From positions 2,758 to 66,757 of IMG/VR virus record IMGVR_UViG_3300022187_000028: DNA of 64,000 bases. One strand, 5' to 3'. Each line of letters starts with the position of its first letter. Within the stretch, counting starts at the first letter, position 1. The position numbers and the translations under genes are program-made. This stretch comes from a virus. The notes beneath the pieces were generated by a model. That model worked only from the letters and a program-made list of their open reading frames with translations, made no database searches and was not told the origin of the DNA. Shown piece after piece: positions 9,714 through 19,848 of this stretch.

Positions 9714-10040
9714 CTATTCTTGTTCTTTTATGAAATCGACCTTTCTTTTAAAAGCAACATAAAAATTCGACAAAGCCTGTCTAGTATCAAAAATCTCATC
9801 GAATGGCCAATCGTCCATATAATCTTCCATCTTGGTAATTTGCCTAAGAATAAAAAATTCAATGTCTTCTTCGTAGTTTTCTTCTTCAAGTACTCTTTTA
9901 ATATCCGATAACCTACCTGCAAACGACTCCCAATGACCGCCATATTGATTATGTCCTTGTCGGATTTTGTTTTCTAAATCCTCGTATCTTTCTAATAGGG
10001 TTTCTTTGGTTTCAAACTTTAATATCCCTTTCCAACTCAT
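9714..10040 (-). CDS. MSW-tag acidic hypothetical protein
   Basis: MSWKGILKF preceded by GGTGATTGAC. Confidence 0.75.
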   Translation of the reverse strand: MSWKGILKFETKETLLERYEDLENKIRQGHNQYGGHWESFAGRLSDIKRVLEEENYEEDIEFFILRQITKMEDYMDDWPFDEIFDTRQALSNFYVAFKRKVDFIKEQE

Positions 10041-10045
10041 GTCAA

Positions 10046-10516
10046 TCACCGCCTAAATCTACCAAACATTCCTTTTTTGGGTTGTGGCTTTTGCACTTGT
10101 TGTTTTAATCTATTTAGGTAGTTTTGTGCGGCGTTTATATCAAAATAAGAATTAGCAAATTCTACGCTTTCCATTCCAGCGTTATCAACAATCCTCATAA
10201 TAGAATCTAATAGAGTTTCATGTTCTTTATCATAATTTCCTACTAATCCGAACTTTCCGGCCATTCCTCTAGCCTGTTGTTTATGGTTATTGTCTTGGTA
10301 TTCGTTCTTAAAAAGAATAGTTTTACCTAAAAATTTAATCCCAACATCATACCAATCAGTTTCTTTAGATTCCGGTTTTTGCATTAGTTTTGATTTGCGA
10401 GCCATATTCCAAACATATTCAAGGTCGCCACTGTTTGTATTAGTCCATCCTTGAGGACTATACCAAACCCCTACTTCTTGAGGTTGCGTGTTTTTCAATA
10501 TGTTTTTCCAACTCAT
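10046..10516 (-). CDS. MSW-tag hypothetical protein
   Basis: MSWKNILKN preceded by the same GGTGATTGAC. Confidence 0.75.
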   Translation of the reverse strand: MSWKNILKNTQPQEVGVWYSPQGWTNTNSGDLEYVWNMARKSKLMQKPESKETDWYDVGIKFLGKTILFKNEYQDNNHKQQARGMAGKFGLVGNYDKEHETLLDSIMRIVDNAGMESVEFANSYFDINAAQNYLNRLKQQVQKPQPKKGMFGRFRR

Positions 10517-10521
10517 GTCAA

Positions 10522-12936
10522 TCACCTAAAATTAGCCTTGACGAAATAAACTACTTCTTCGGAAACGCCAACATTAGATGAAATATTAGAGAAGGAGTCT
10601 ACCTCTTCAACCATCTTTACAATATCCATCGAGGTTAAATCTAAGTTGAATCTTTCTCTAGAGGAGGTAATAATTGAGTCCATATCATCAATAGAGGAAA
10701 GGGAACCTTGTCCATAATAGATAGGCAACCCTTTGAGTATTCTAAGAGAATCGTGTATCTCTAAAATCTTCTCTTCTATTTCCGACTTTCTCAATTCATT
10801 CAGTATTTGCTTAATATTTCTGGCTCTACCGGAACCCTTGGAACTTATCTGCTGAGTGTTTCCTTTGTCTAATAAAAATTCTTTTAATGCTGCCATTACT
10901 GTCAATGAAGTGGCTTCTATTCTTTCTCTACTGACCCTAGTTACATCATCAAATTCCGGATAAGGCACACCTGCAAAGCGGAGTCCTTGTTGAGGATTTT
11001 GACCTCTAAGGTTGATTCTGCCAAGAAACTGAGCCATCTCTTCATTGTATTGTTTAATTATATCCTTATCTCTAAAGATTCTTTTGAGAGAAGATGCTAG
11101 TAATCTAGCGGCGTTGAAAACTTCTTCGTGTTCTATGTTAGGAGTATTGATTGATTTCAAAAATGTTTGAATGTTTTTCAAGTCTACATCTCTTAGTAGT
11201 CGGCCTCTTCTAGTGTTAGACCTCTTCACTAATTTTGTATAGACTTTAGCAAAATCACTAGAACTCAAAGTCTTAATAGATTTAAAGGCAGTAGTATTTT
11301 TTATTCTAAAGTCTAAATCTAAAGTCATAGCCGGATTCAAAAGCGGCTTATACAAATAGTCGTCTAGAGCCTCAAGAACGCTATCTAGTTTCTTCTGCGC
11401 TTCTTTACCTAATTCTCTAGGAATACCCTTAGCAGAAGGATATGCAGAAACATATGAGTCACCTCCTCTACCATCTCCCTTTCCGCCTTGACCCCCTCTA
11501 GGCCCAACTACAGTTCCGCCAGTAGACATTTTTTGTTGCATTGTTATTTCTTCTAGAGTCATAAGAAGAGATTGTATAGCCCCACTTATTTTAATTGGGC
11601 GAATACCCGCACCAAACTTTCTAGCGAGGTCTGCGCTATCTAATATCTGCGCTGGCAAATAAAAAGAAGAACCGGAAACAGGCTGTATTTGTCCCATTCT
11701 TTCTATGGCTTTATCCAACCTTTCTATTTCGGCTCTAGACTCTATGAGATAAATAATTTTCATGGTGTCTGCCGCTTCTTTTATTTTGTTTAGTTCTGTA
11801 GAATCGGTTAGAATACCATAGGTGTACTTAGATAAATAACTGTAGCCAAGCGGGTCTATTTCAGTCGTTATTAGATTAGAAAATTCTGTTGCATCCTCCC
11901 TAATGTTGTCAAGTACATCCTCTTCTAATTGTTCTGCAACTTCACTTCCGCTTTTTCCACTATCTCCTTCAATTTCTATACTTGCCTTGCCTAGACCCTC
12001 GAATAAACTAAAGACAGCATCATCCGCTCCTTGTTGTTGAACTGTAGCCTTACCTAATTTCACCACATACTGACCATTTGCCTTAAACAATTCATTAGCA
12101 GTATTTAATTTAGCCCCGTACTCTTCCATTCCTCCGGATTTTAGAGAGGTAATTAGAGATTCAACCGACTTATACACATCAGCGTGTTTAGGGGCTACCT
12201 CTTTCCATGCAGAATAAATAGAAATTCTTTTGCTCTTACTAATGTAAGGTTCATTTCCAATAAAAGATAGCACATCATCTCTAATGTCTACAACAATACG
12301 CTCACCTTCTTCATCAAATTGTGATTCCAGTACTTCGCTGTAGTAAGCGTCTATTCCTTCCAACACTTTTTCTACTTCCGGCATTAACTTACTCAAAAGT
12401 TCAGTATCGTCCTCGTCTAGAGAATCAATTCTTGCTCTAATTCTATCCGAAGACTTGTTTGGTTTCTGTCGTGTAAAAGGCTTCTTGACAATAATATCTT
12501 TGTTGGAGAAAGTTTGATTCAATACTTCAACAGTAATGTTTTTTCCTTTAATGGTGATTCCGGAAAATACCTTCGATAGAATTTTATTTTGGAATAGGGC
12601 TTCATCCAACTCTCTAACTTCTCCATCTTCAATTACTTTCTTTCCATCTTCTTCAACATAATCCGGAGTTAATTCATCGGCCCTATCCCTAACCAAATCC
12701 CTGTACTTCCTTTTAGTGGCTAGGTTGACTTCTTTGATAGCGGTCTTTTTTTCAGTCGCCCCTACTGGTTTGTCATTCTCTCTAAATTCAGTGGCCAAGT
12801 CTTCTCCAATTTTAGTAATGGTTCTCTTCATAGTAGGAAAAGGAGACTTCCCTCTATCTTCGATTAACTTAGCCTTTTGAAATATGGTCTTTTCTTGGGA
12901 AGCCACTCTCTTCTCTAGTTCTAATTTAAAACTCAT
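10522..12936 (-). CDS. Large hypothetical protein, probable virion component
   Basis: 804 aa; starts with tag-like MSFKLELEK; in head module. Confidence 0.65.
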   Translation of the reverse strand: MSFKLELEKRVASQEKTIFQKAKLIEDRGKSPFPTMKRTITKIGEDLATEFRENDKPVGATEKKTAIKEVNLATKRKYRDLVRDRADELTPDYVEEDGKKVIEDGEVRELDEALFQNKILSKVFSGITIKGKNITVEVLNQTFSNKDIIVKKPFTRQKPNKSSDRIRARIDSLDEDDTELLSKLMPEVEKVLEGIDAYYSEVLESQFDEEGERIVVDIRDDVLSFIGNEPYISKSKRISIYSAWKEVAPKHADVYKSVESLITSLKSGGMEEYGAKLNTANELFKANGQYVVKLGKATVQQQGADDAVFSLFEGLGKASIEIEGDSGKSGSEVAEQLEEDVLDNIREDATEFSNLITTEIDPLGYSYLSKYTYGILTDSTELNKIKEAADTMKIIYLIESRAEIERLDKAIERMGQIQPVSGSSFYLPAQILDSADLARKFGAGIRPIKISGAIQSLLMTLEEITMQQKMSTGGTVVGPRGGQGGKGDGRGGDSYVSAYPSAKGIPRELGKEAQKKLDSVLEALDDYLYKPLLNPAMTLDLDFRIKNTTAFKSIKTLSSSDFAKVYTKLVKRSNTRRGRLLRDVDLKNIQTFLKSINTPNIEHEEVFNAARLLASSLKRIFRDKDIIKQYNEEMAQFLGRINLRGQNPQQGLRFAGVPYPEFDDVTRVSRERIEATSLTVMAALKEFLLDKGNTQQISSKGSGRARNIKQILNELRKSEIEEKILEIHDSLRILKGLPIYYGQGSLSSIDDMDSIITSSRERFNLDLTSMDIVKMVEEVDSFSNISSNVGVSEEVVYFVKANFR

Positions 12937-14804
12937 TCAACTCCCTCCAGTAAATCGTTATTCTGCAATGCCTCGTAAAGTTCTTCTCCAACTTCATTAA
13001 CATAGAACCTACGCCTCGTAGCAATGTCTTGTAATTTATCTCGAACTCCTTCTATCATAACAGAAAGAACTCCATCTAAAGAACTAGACAAACTGTTTTT
13101 GAATTTTCCAATATCGGATTCTATTTTTGTTAGTAATTGTTTGTCTGCGTTTGTTAGGTATTCATCTATTGTCTTATCCAAGTCAACAGTGATAGATTCC
13201 ATAGTATCATCTAGTAGATAACTGAAATTGGTTAAGACGCTCAAACCTTCGATAGGCTGTAGTCGGGCTTTGTATGCCATATCCATAGCATATTCATCGA
13301 ATTCAAAGACTCCTCTCGTTTCGCCCTCCTTGGCTCTATCAATTTTATCAGCGAATAAAGAAAAGATTTGCCTATCTGTTGGGTCGTCTAGAGCAAAGGA
13401 AACTTCGGGATTTTTGATTGGAATTGAAGAAGGTATCCCTGTTAAAGATTCAATAGTTGACATTAGTTCTTCGATTTTATCCGTGAATTCATTTTTAGGC
13501 ATTTTAGTAATTCCGGATTCAGTGGTAATTTCGTTTGCATAATCAGAAGGCAACTCTTTGATTTCATCTTCCAACTCTTCTCTATCAATTTCTTCTAGTT
13601 TTTTCAACCATTTGGGTGATTTCCCTTCTAATAAAGGCTCGATAACTCCCCACATATCCCTTCTTAGATAGAAAAAATCGCCCCTATCTCCACCAAAGGC
13701 TTCTTCAATGTCTTCATTGGATATGTATGATTCTTCTCTAACAGAGGCAAGAGTAGATTCAAGGACTTCATCTCCACCTGTCATTAAAAGTTTTAACAAA
13801 ACAGGATTAACAGTGGCTTTGCTAAAAAATGAAGAAGCAACATTGTGCGGTCCTAATTTTGGCAAAAGTAAGGATTTCTTTTTCATCCTACCTATTGCAT
13901 TTAGGTATGCGGCTACATCATTAGCCTCTAATGTATCTTTAGGTCGCAAATCACTACCCTCTATAACTATCTTCAAATCACTCTTTCCAAATAGTTTTTC
14001 ATAGAAGGGAGGATATTCAAACTCATAAACTACTCTGTCGAATTGTGTCAAGTCTTCTTCCTCTTCTATAGCCTCTCTAACTTGAGCCTCTCTTTCCTTG
14101 ACACTATCATCGTCGTCTATCTCTTCTAGTAAAATAAATCCGGTTTTCTTACCTGAGCCTGTTGGCCTACCTTCAGGAGTTTCTTGGCCAGTGCCGTAAG
14201 ATGCTGTATATCTCCCCCAACTAACTTGAGCCGAGGATTGAAACTCTTCATCGCTCTGTGGTTTATGTCTACTAGGATTCCCGTAGTAGTCTTCGACAGA
14301 ATCAAACAAAGCATACTTGTCTATTTTTGCCTTGCCTAGTTCTCTTGATAGGTTTTGGGCATCATCATTCAAAACATAAGTCATTAACTTGTCTATGTCT
14401 TCTTCATTAAGACCCTCATTGGTAATTCTTTTGAAGAACTCAGCATTGCTTTCAGCCTTCGGTTGTGCTTGAAATAGCATGGCTATTTTTGGAGTCAAAA
14501 TTCTCCTTAGTTTGGTAGGCTTCATTCCTAGTTTTTCAGCGAGGGGTTCAATGACGCTAGTAAATTCTTCTTGATTTTTGAGAGCATCACTAACAGATGA
14601 ACGAACCCCACCACTAATTGTAATGGTTTTCAAAGCATCCATTATTTTACCAGCATCTCCACTAGGGCCTCTTTGTCCCTTTTGTTGTAGATGAGCAATC
14701 AAAGGCTCCTCTCCACCTTCTCTTGCTAAGGTTCTAAATAGTGTACGAGGAGTATAAGGAACACCGGAGATGTTTTCGCTTCTAGGTGCTTTCCTTATTG
14801 TCAT
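12933..14804 (-). CDS. Large acidic hypothetical protein
   Basis: 623 aa, coupled (ATGA) to the downstream gene. Confidence 0.65.
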   Translation of the reverse strand: MTIRKAPRSENISGVPYTPRTLFRTLAREGGEEPLIAHLQQKGQRGPSGDAGKIMDALKTITISGGVRSSVSDALKNQEEFTSVIEPLAEKLGMKPTKLRRILTPKIAMLFQAQPKAESNAEFFKRITNEGLNEEDIDKLMTYVLNDDAQNLSRELGKAKIDKYALFDSVEDYYGNPSRHKPQSDEEFQSSAQVSWGRYTASYGTGQETPEGRPTGSGKKTGFILLEEIDDDDSVKEREAQVREAIEEEEDLTQFDRVVYEFEYPPFYEKLFGKSDLKIVIEGSDLRPKDTLEANDVAAYLNAIGRMKKKSLLLPKLGPHNVASSFFSKATVNPVLLKLLMTGGDEVLESTLASVREESYISNEDIEEAFGGDRGDFFYLRRDMWGVIEPLLEGKSPKWLKKLEEIDREELEDEIKELPSDYANEITTESGITKMPKNEFTDKIEELMSTIESLTGIPSSIPIKNPEVSFALDDPTDRQIFSLFADKIDRAKEGETRGVFEFDEYAMDMAYKARLQPIEGLSVLTNFSYLLDDTMESITVDLDKTIDEYLTNADKQLLTKIESDIGKFKNSLSSSLDGVLSVMIEGVRDKLQDIATRRRFYVNEVGEELYEALQNNDLLEGVE

Positions 14805-14853
14805 ATCGTTTCCCCGAATAAAGGCAATAGTCCACTCTATAATAAATGAACTG

Positions 14854-15015
14854 TCAATCTAACTTTGTCTGCCTTGTTGAAGTATCTTCCTTCGGCGGCG
14901 GAGTTTTCTTGGGTTCATTTCCCCATTCTTCTGCTGGAATTGTAGATACGGTGGCACCTTCTGTAAGTTTTTTGGGGAGTTTGGTTTGTCTTTTGAGAAC
15001 ACTTTTCCAACTCAT
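14854..15015 (-). CDS. MSW-tag 53 aa peptide, not in the ORF track
   Basis: Hand translation MSWKSVLKRQTKLPKK...TRQTKLD*; GGAG SD upstream. Confidence 0.7.
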   Translation of the reverse strand: MSWKSVLKRQTKLPKKLTEGATVSTIPAEEWGNEPKKTPPPKEDTSTRQTKLD

Positions 15016-15026
15016 TGTAATTTCTC

Positions 15027-15344
15027 CTACATCAATCTCTTTGTTTCAATCAAATGTAAATACTGTTCTCTTAATCCCATCTTTGAAGTCACAGCCTTTG
15101 CGAGTTTCTTCAAATTGTTTTGAAAACTAAAAAATTCAGGAGAGTAAAGGTCACTTAACTTATCCTTATCCTCCACCCTTTCGTAGTATTCATCAAATTT
15201 ATTCAATAGAGCCTCACCTGCTTGTTTTAATTTAGGGTCTTCATTGTAAGTCATAAAGAAAAGTAGTTCATGAACATGGGCGTGCAAAGGAGCATCCCCG
15301 TCCCTAACATACCAAGCACTTTTCAATATGGTTTTCCAACTCAT
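15027..15344 (-). CDS. MSW-tag hypothetical protein
   Basis: Starts MSWKTILKS. Confidence 0.75.
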   Translation of the reverse strand: MSWKTILKSAWYVRDGDAPLHAHVHELLFFMTYNEDPKLKQAGEALLNKFDEYYERVEDKDKLSDLYSPEFFSFQNNLKKLAKAVTSKMGLREQYLHLIETKRLM

Positions 15345-15994
15345 TGTAATCTCTCCTGCATCTTCTGTTTAATATCAAGCCAAATCTCAGGATTGTTCTG
15401 TGCTAGCACTTCTTGAACAACTTGCATCTGTGCAACAATAATTGTATCTTGTCGCTTGTGGACAAGTTTTCCTTTGAACTCCATCATGTATTTCAAAGAC
15501 TCACGAACTTCTCTAGCCAACTTCACTAGAGCGTCTAATTCCTTAGCATCTAAATCATCTCTAGATGCTATCTCGGTGATTTTATCATCGAGCAATTGAA
15601 TGTTATTTGATAGCATATCCACCTCATTCAAATCCTTCTTGGCAATAATAGCCGCCGCAGACTTTTGAACAACGGGCTGTAAATGGTGCTTAACATGGCG
15701 ATGGACTTGAGCCTTAGAAATTCCAAGCCCTACACTGACCTCCTCGGCTGTGATAAGACCCTCATGTAATTGTCTCTCGTATTCCGACCTCATTGGGTCT
15801 ACACAAATGGCACACTTTGGATTACTACTTTGCACATATTCTCCCATGTGATTCCTTTGATGCTGTGCGGAAGTACCGCTTCTCCAGTTCATCTTTTCAT
15901 CTAATTCATCGGGAGTAATAGTAAGAGATTCTAAATCGGCCTCCATAGAATCAACATCACTGTGTTGACAAAAGGCACAACTCTTTCTTCTCAT
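15341..15994 (-). CDS. Tandem CxxC-HTH-HxxxH Zn-finger protein with coiled-coil tail; candidate terminase small subunit
   Basis: Two repeats (CAFC...HQRNH, CAIC...HVKHH); helical C-terminus; upstream of terL. Confidence 0.55.
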   Translation of the reverse strand: MRRKSCAFCQHSDVDSMEADLESLTITPDELDEKMNWRSGTSAQHQRNHMGEYVQSSNPKCAICVDPMRSEYERQLHEGLITAEEVSVGLGISKAQVHRHVKHHLQPVVQKSAAAIIAKKDLNEVDMLSNNIQLLDDKITEIASRDDLDAKELDALVKLAREVRESLKYMMEFKGKLVHKRQDTIIVAQMQVVQEVLAQNNPEIWLDIKQKMQERLQ

Positions 15995-16003
15995 AATAAT
16001 TCC

Positions 16004-16384
16004 TCAAAGATATTTTAGTCCTTTCTGTATTCTTCTCAACATTTCAAGGCTATGTTTTTTGTCTAAATCATTTTCAACAACTTTATACCCATCATTGTAT
16101 GTGTATTCTGCTAAGGCAAAATCTCCAGCATCGTCTTTGAATTCTATAGTATAGTACCCTTCATCCATCTCAAAAATTTCTTCTTCTGTTAAATCTTCCT
16201 CGCCTTCATACATGTCTTGAAAATCAATTATGGTTTCAACTACTCCAGATTCAAAATAACCATCTTCATAATCTTCTCGCATTTTATCTTCACCGAATCT
16301 TTCTAATTCGGTGGCAATCATCTCTAGTAAATCTTCTTTTAAATCGCTTTCTAAATCGTTCTTTAATATTTTTTTCCAATTCAT
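16004..16384 (-). CDS. MSW-tag highly acidic protein
   Basis: MNWKKILKN start with GGTGA SD. Confidence 0.72.
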   Translation of the reverse strand: MNWKKILKNDLESDLKEDLLEMIATELERFGEDKMREDYEDGYFESGVVETIIDFQDMYEGEEDLTEEEIFEMDEGYYTIEFKDDAGDFALAEYTYNDGYKVVENDLDKKHSLEMLRRIQKGLKYL

Positions 16385-16394
16385 AATAATCACC

Positions 16395-17162
16395 TTATGG
16401 TAGTCCACCTAAAGTTTCCGAAACAATCAACATAGCAGTAGGGAATTTTCTTTTCAAATCACCTTCATTCCATGAAGTTTCCTTATTTGTTCTCAAGTAT
16501 TCTAGAAGTTTGTAAAACTCTTGAGCCGTTCCTATAGACGATTCATCATCTCTAGAATAAGACTGTTCAAAATTTTGACTAGCATAATCTTCTGCATCTT
16601 CTAGCCAGTTATCAACTTCTTTACTGTGACTGACTTTGGGAAGTTTCATCATTTTATCTTCGATGTGGCTAATCTCTTCCCATTTGTTAGTTTCTTTTAG
16701 ATAGCCAACTAGTTTATTATAGTCGGCTCCCTCAAACATTCTACTTATTTTTTCATGCTCAAAATCGGGCACTAACATTTGTTCTTCTATTGTTTGAATA
16801 TCTAAATCCCCTGTTATTTCGAGTACATCTTTCACAGACTCATCTCCTCTAAAACCTCCAAAATAATAACTTTCTTTTTTATTCCTTTTATTTCTAATAA
16901 AAACATCAACATTTGTAATTAAAAACATTTCATCTAGTTGCATACTTCCAATGGCAAATAATTCAAAATAGTCGGGGAACCCCATATCCAATTCTTTTAT
17001 CGAACTAGTGGCTGATTCATCATAAATAGGGAAATCCCCAAAAAAGTCATTTAGGGTAGGTTCAAGATAATCTCTTCCTATCAAGGAATATTTTATTTCC
17101 TGTTTAGATTTATCATCTAAATCGTTATAATCAACTCTTTTCAATATATGTTTCCAACTCAT
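16395..17162 (-). CDS. MSW-tag protein, paralog of 5240..5770 with an extra C-terminal domain
   Basis: Starts MSWKHILKR. Confidence 0.75.
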   Translation of the reverse strand: MSWKHILKRVDYNDLDDKSKQEIKYSLIGRDYLEPTLNDFFGDFPIYDESATSSIKELDMGFPDYFELFAIGSMQLDEMFLITNVDVFIRNKRNKKESYYFGGFRGDESVKDVLEITGDLDIQTIEEQMLVPDFEHEKISRMFEGADYNKLVGYLKETNKWEEISHIEDKMMKLPKVSHSKEVDNWLEDAEDYASQNFEQSYSRDDESSIGTAQEFYKLLEYLRTNKETSWNEGDLKRKFPTAMLIVSETLGGLP

Positions 17163-18133
17163 AGCAACACTTCCTTCCAACTTTTAATAACTGGACTAAC
17201 CTTTACTCTCATGTTCGACTTCATGTAATCTTTAATCAATTTACGAGTCTTAGCCGGAGTCAACTCGATTGTGAATTCAGTAATAGTTCCTCCCAAGTCG
17301 GGAACTTTCATGTATCTAGATAGCATCTTTTGTGCCTTACCTGTAGGTGGAACCTTGAATGATTTACCGGACAGTAGCCTCATAACTCTCCCTGTACTTA
17401 CTCCTTCTTCTGTTCTTGAAGTAGAAATAGCACGACCCAATCTCTTTTTAAAATCGGGAATGGTTTGGAGAGTTGCGGCAGGTTTAGAAGTTGTAATCGT
17501 AGCGATGTAGTTTTGGTCGTCAATATCTTCAATTGCTTTATTCAAAACATCAACCAATCCAACAGGAACTAAATCTCCTCCATAAAGGGCTTGGTAAATT
17601 GGCGGAGTAGCGGTATTTACTTTATCACTAACCCACCCATCTTTTTGTCTATCGGCAGTACCGTGTTTCTTAGCGTAGAATGTAGAAAGGTAGTGTCCAT
17701 AGACTTTCTCCATTTCTACACCTCTAGCGTAAGCCCCTGTCTGTCGGTTATACTTCTTAGGAATTGAGAATACGATATTTTGAGGATTCAAACTAGCATC
17801 GTCTTTTAGCCCTTCGAGGTCATTAACAATTGCTTCTAGAGTTTCAGCATCCTCTTCAAAGAAAATTCCGTTAGCCCTGTCAACTAACATCTTCCTAATT
17901 CTTCTAAGCATGGTATGTGCGCCGGAATTTCCATCATTAGGAGAACCCTTTCTAGGACTAGTGACATGGTTTTCAACTGCGTACAGTAAAGAACCTTTCT
18001 TCATGCCGGAGTTTGCACCTCTGCATTTTTTCTCCCAATCCTCAAAATCTTTCTTGAATTTGATAACTCCACCAACGGTTTCGATAACAGCGTCACCGAT
18101 GCTGGCAGTATTCTTATTCACATCTTTAGGCAT
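17159..18133 (-). CDS. Hypothetical protein ending in tag-like KSWKEVLL
   Basis: 324 aa ORF coupled at both ends. Confidence 0.7.
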   Translation of the reverse strand: MPKDVNKNTASIGDAVIETVGGVIKFKKDFEDWEKKCRGANSGMKKGSLLYAVENHVTSPRKGSPNDGNSGAHTMLRRIRKMLVDRANGIFFEEDAETLEAIVNDLEGLKDDASLNPQNIVFSIPKKYNRQTGAYARGVEMEKVYGHYLSTFYAKKHGTADRQKDGWVSDKVNTATPPIYQALYGGDLVPVGLVDVLNKAIEDIDDQNYIATITTSKPAATLQTIPDFKKRLGRAISTSRTEEGVSTGRVMRLLSGKSFKVPPTGKAQKMLSRYMKVPDLGGTITEFTIELTPAKTRKLIKDYMKSNMRVKVSPVIKSWKEVLL

Positions 18134-18879
18134 TACTCATCCTTCCTTTTCTTTCTTCTGCCATAAGTAGGTTTGAATAATTTAGCATGTGCTGGAGCAG
18201 TAGTAGTCACGGCTCCTGCCATTCTCTCAAGGTTTTCACTATTAACATCTTCCTTAGAATTCTCTTCCTTTTTACGCCTATATTCTCTAACTGGCCCTTT
18301 TTTTCTTTCAGCATACCTTTCTCTGCTTCGCTGATTTTTCCTTTCTCTATATTCGGGGTCATTCCGGTTTTCTCTTTTTCTTTCCCTTTCCAGCCTTTGC
18401 CGGTTTTCTCTATATTCGGGGTCATTAGCATATTTCCTTTTCAATGCTTCCCTGTTATACTGTAATATTCTTTTCCTATATTCGGGGTCATTAGCATATC
18501 TTTCTTTTCTTCTTTCATATGTTCTTTTATTAGTTTGTTCCAGATATTCTGAATTTATTTGCTCCAATTTTGTTATAAATGCTTCATATTGTTTTGATTC
18601 TGCTAAATCTATAAGTGCTTTAAATTGATTTTCAGTAATCGCTTCTGTTAATTTGTTATTAAGAGCATTAGTTAAACTTCTGGAAGGGGATAATTTTTTA
18701 GAATCTGCTATTGGAATACCAAATACCTCTACAAGAAACCTTTGGAAATCATTCGGTCTCTTTAAAATTTCCCAAGCCTTTTTCATAGCAGGGTCTTCGA
18801 GACTATTAGGAACCCACACGCCATATGTTGTAGCATCTCTACGACTCAGTTCTATTTTTAATATATCTTGCCAACTCAT
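18133..18879 (-). CDS. MSW-tag protein with three NDPEYR repeats
   Basis: Starts MSWQDILKI; Arg/Glu-rich repeats. Confidence 0.72.
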   Translation of the reverse strand: MSWQDILKIELSRRDATTYGVWVPNSLEDPAMKKAWEILKRPNDFQRFLVEVFGIPIADSKKLSPSRSLTNALNNKLTEAITENQFKALIDLAESKQYEAFITKLEQINSEYLEQTNKRTYERRKERYANDPEYRKRILQYNREALKRKYANDPEYRENRQRLERERKRENRNDPEYRERKNQRSRERYAERKKGPVREYRRKKEENSKEDVNSENLERMAGAVTTTAPAHAKLFKPTYGRRKKRKDE

Positions 18880-19142
18880 TTCTTTCGACCTCTTTGTGGA
18901 TTAGGAGGTAGTCTGCCTTTCTTTGGTTTCTTTCTTCTTTTGGTAGGTGTTTTATCAGTTTCTAAATCACGAATTAAGTTAGCATCTGCTTCTCTTCTTG
19001 CTATCTTTGCACCCATATCTCGACGAAATTCTTCCCGACGCTTTTCTTCCCTTTTTAGGTACTCATTACGCCTTTGAATTTTTTCTCTCTTGGCATCCAT
19101 CTTATCGGGGTCATATGCCTTTAGTGTATCTTTCCAACTCAT
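18876..19142 (-). CDS. MSW-tag basic protein
   Basis: Starts MSWKDTLKA. Confidence 0.72.
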   Translation of the reverse strand: MSWKDTLKAYDPDKMDAKREKIQRRNEYLKREEKRREEFRRDMGAKIARREADANLIRDLETDKTPTKRRKKPKKGRLPPNPQRGRKK

Positions 19143-19143
19143 T

Positions 19144-19602
19144 TCAAATCACCGGATACCTAAACATCGGCAATTTACTAAGTTCAGCATACATAGGCTT
19201 GTTCATTATATCCTGTACTTGAGAATAAGAAGTCACCTTATCCCCTAGCCTAGCCGCCACCCTTTCTACCTTTTTCCTAGACTCTTCATCTAGAGGATTC
19301 AATAATGTAATTCTAGGCTTACCTCTAGTATGCTTATTCCTCTCTTGTAATAACTTTCCATAAATTCCCTGTCCTGTGTGGTTGGGGCTAACATAGGAGT
19401 TTCCTACGAAAAAGAATGCTCCCATGTCCTTATAGGAAGTAAAGCCCAAAACTTCACCCTCATCATTTACTTCACTAACGAGGTTTAGTGGGCTTACCTT
19501 AGTTGGATAGCCTTTATCACTAGCAGTTCTAAAATTTGGCATATTCTCCGAAACCGCAGATTCAGTTAGAACCTTGACTTCCTTGAGAATATCTTGCCAC
19601 AT
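19144..19602 (-). CDS. MSW-tag GNAT-family acetyltransferase-like protein
   Basis: Starts MWQDILKE; YVSPNHTGQGIYGKLL matches GNAT motif A. Confidence 0.7.
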   Translation of the reverse strand: MWQDILKEVKVLTESAVSENMPNFRTASDKGYPTKVSPLNLVSEVNDEGEVLGFTSYKDMGAFFFVGNSYVSPNHTGQGIYGKLLQERNKHTRGKPRITLLNPLDEESRKKVERVAARLGDKVTSYSQVQDIMNKPMYAELSKLPMFRYPVI

Positions 19603-19603
19603 T

Positions 19604-19846
19604 TCAATCCCTCTTTAATGAATAGTAATAGGTAGGAGATAGATAGGGTTGTCTTTTGTTAATCCAATCGGCATTGTTCAAGAATTTCCTTAAAGTAGCG
19701 TCTTTGAATCTACCAATTCCTCTTTGTGCCAATGAAGACTTAATTCCTCCCAAAGCAATTTCATCTACATTCTCTAAAGTGTCAGCGACGGCTTTCACTA
19801 TGCTAGTGCGAATGCCCTCATGTGTTAGAGTGTCTTTCCAAGACAT
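19604..19846 (-). CDS. MSW-tag small protein, possible winged helix
   Basis: Starts MSWKDTL. Confidence 0.7.
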   Translation of the reverse strand: MSWKDTLTHEGIRTSIVKAVADTLENVDEIALGGIKSSLAQRGIGRFKDATLRKFLNNADWINKRQPYLSPTYYYSLKRD

Positions 19847-19848
19847 AA

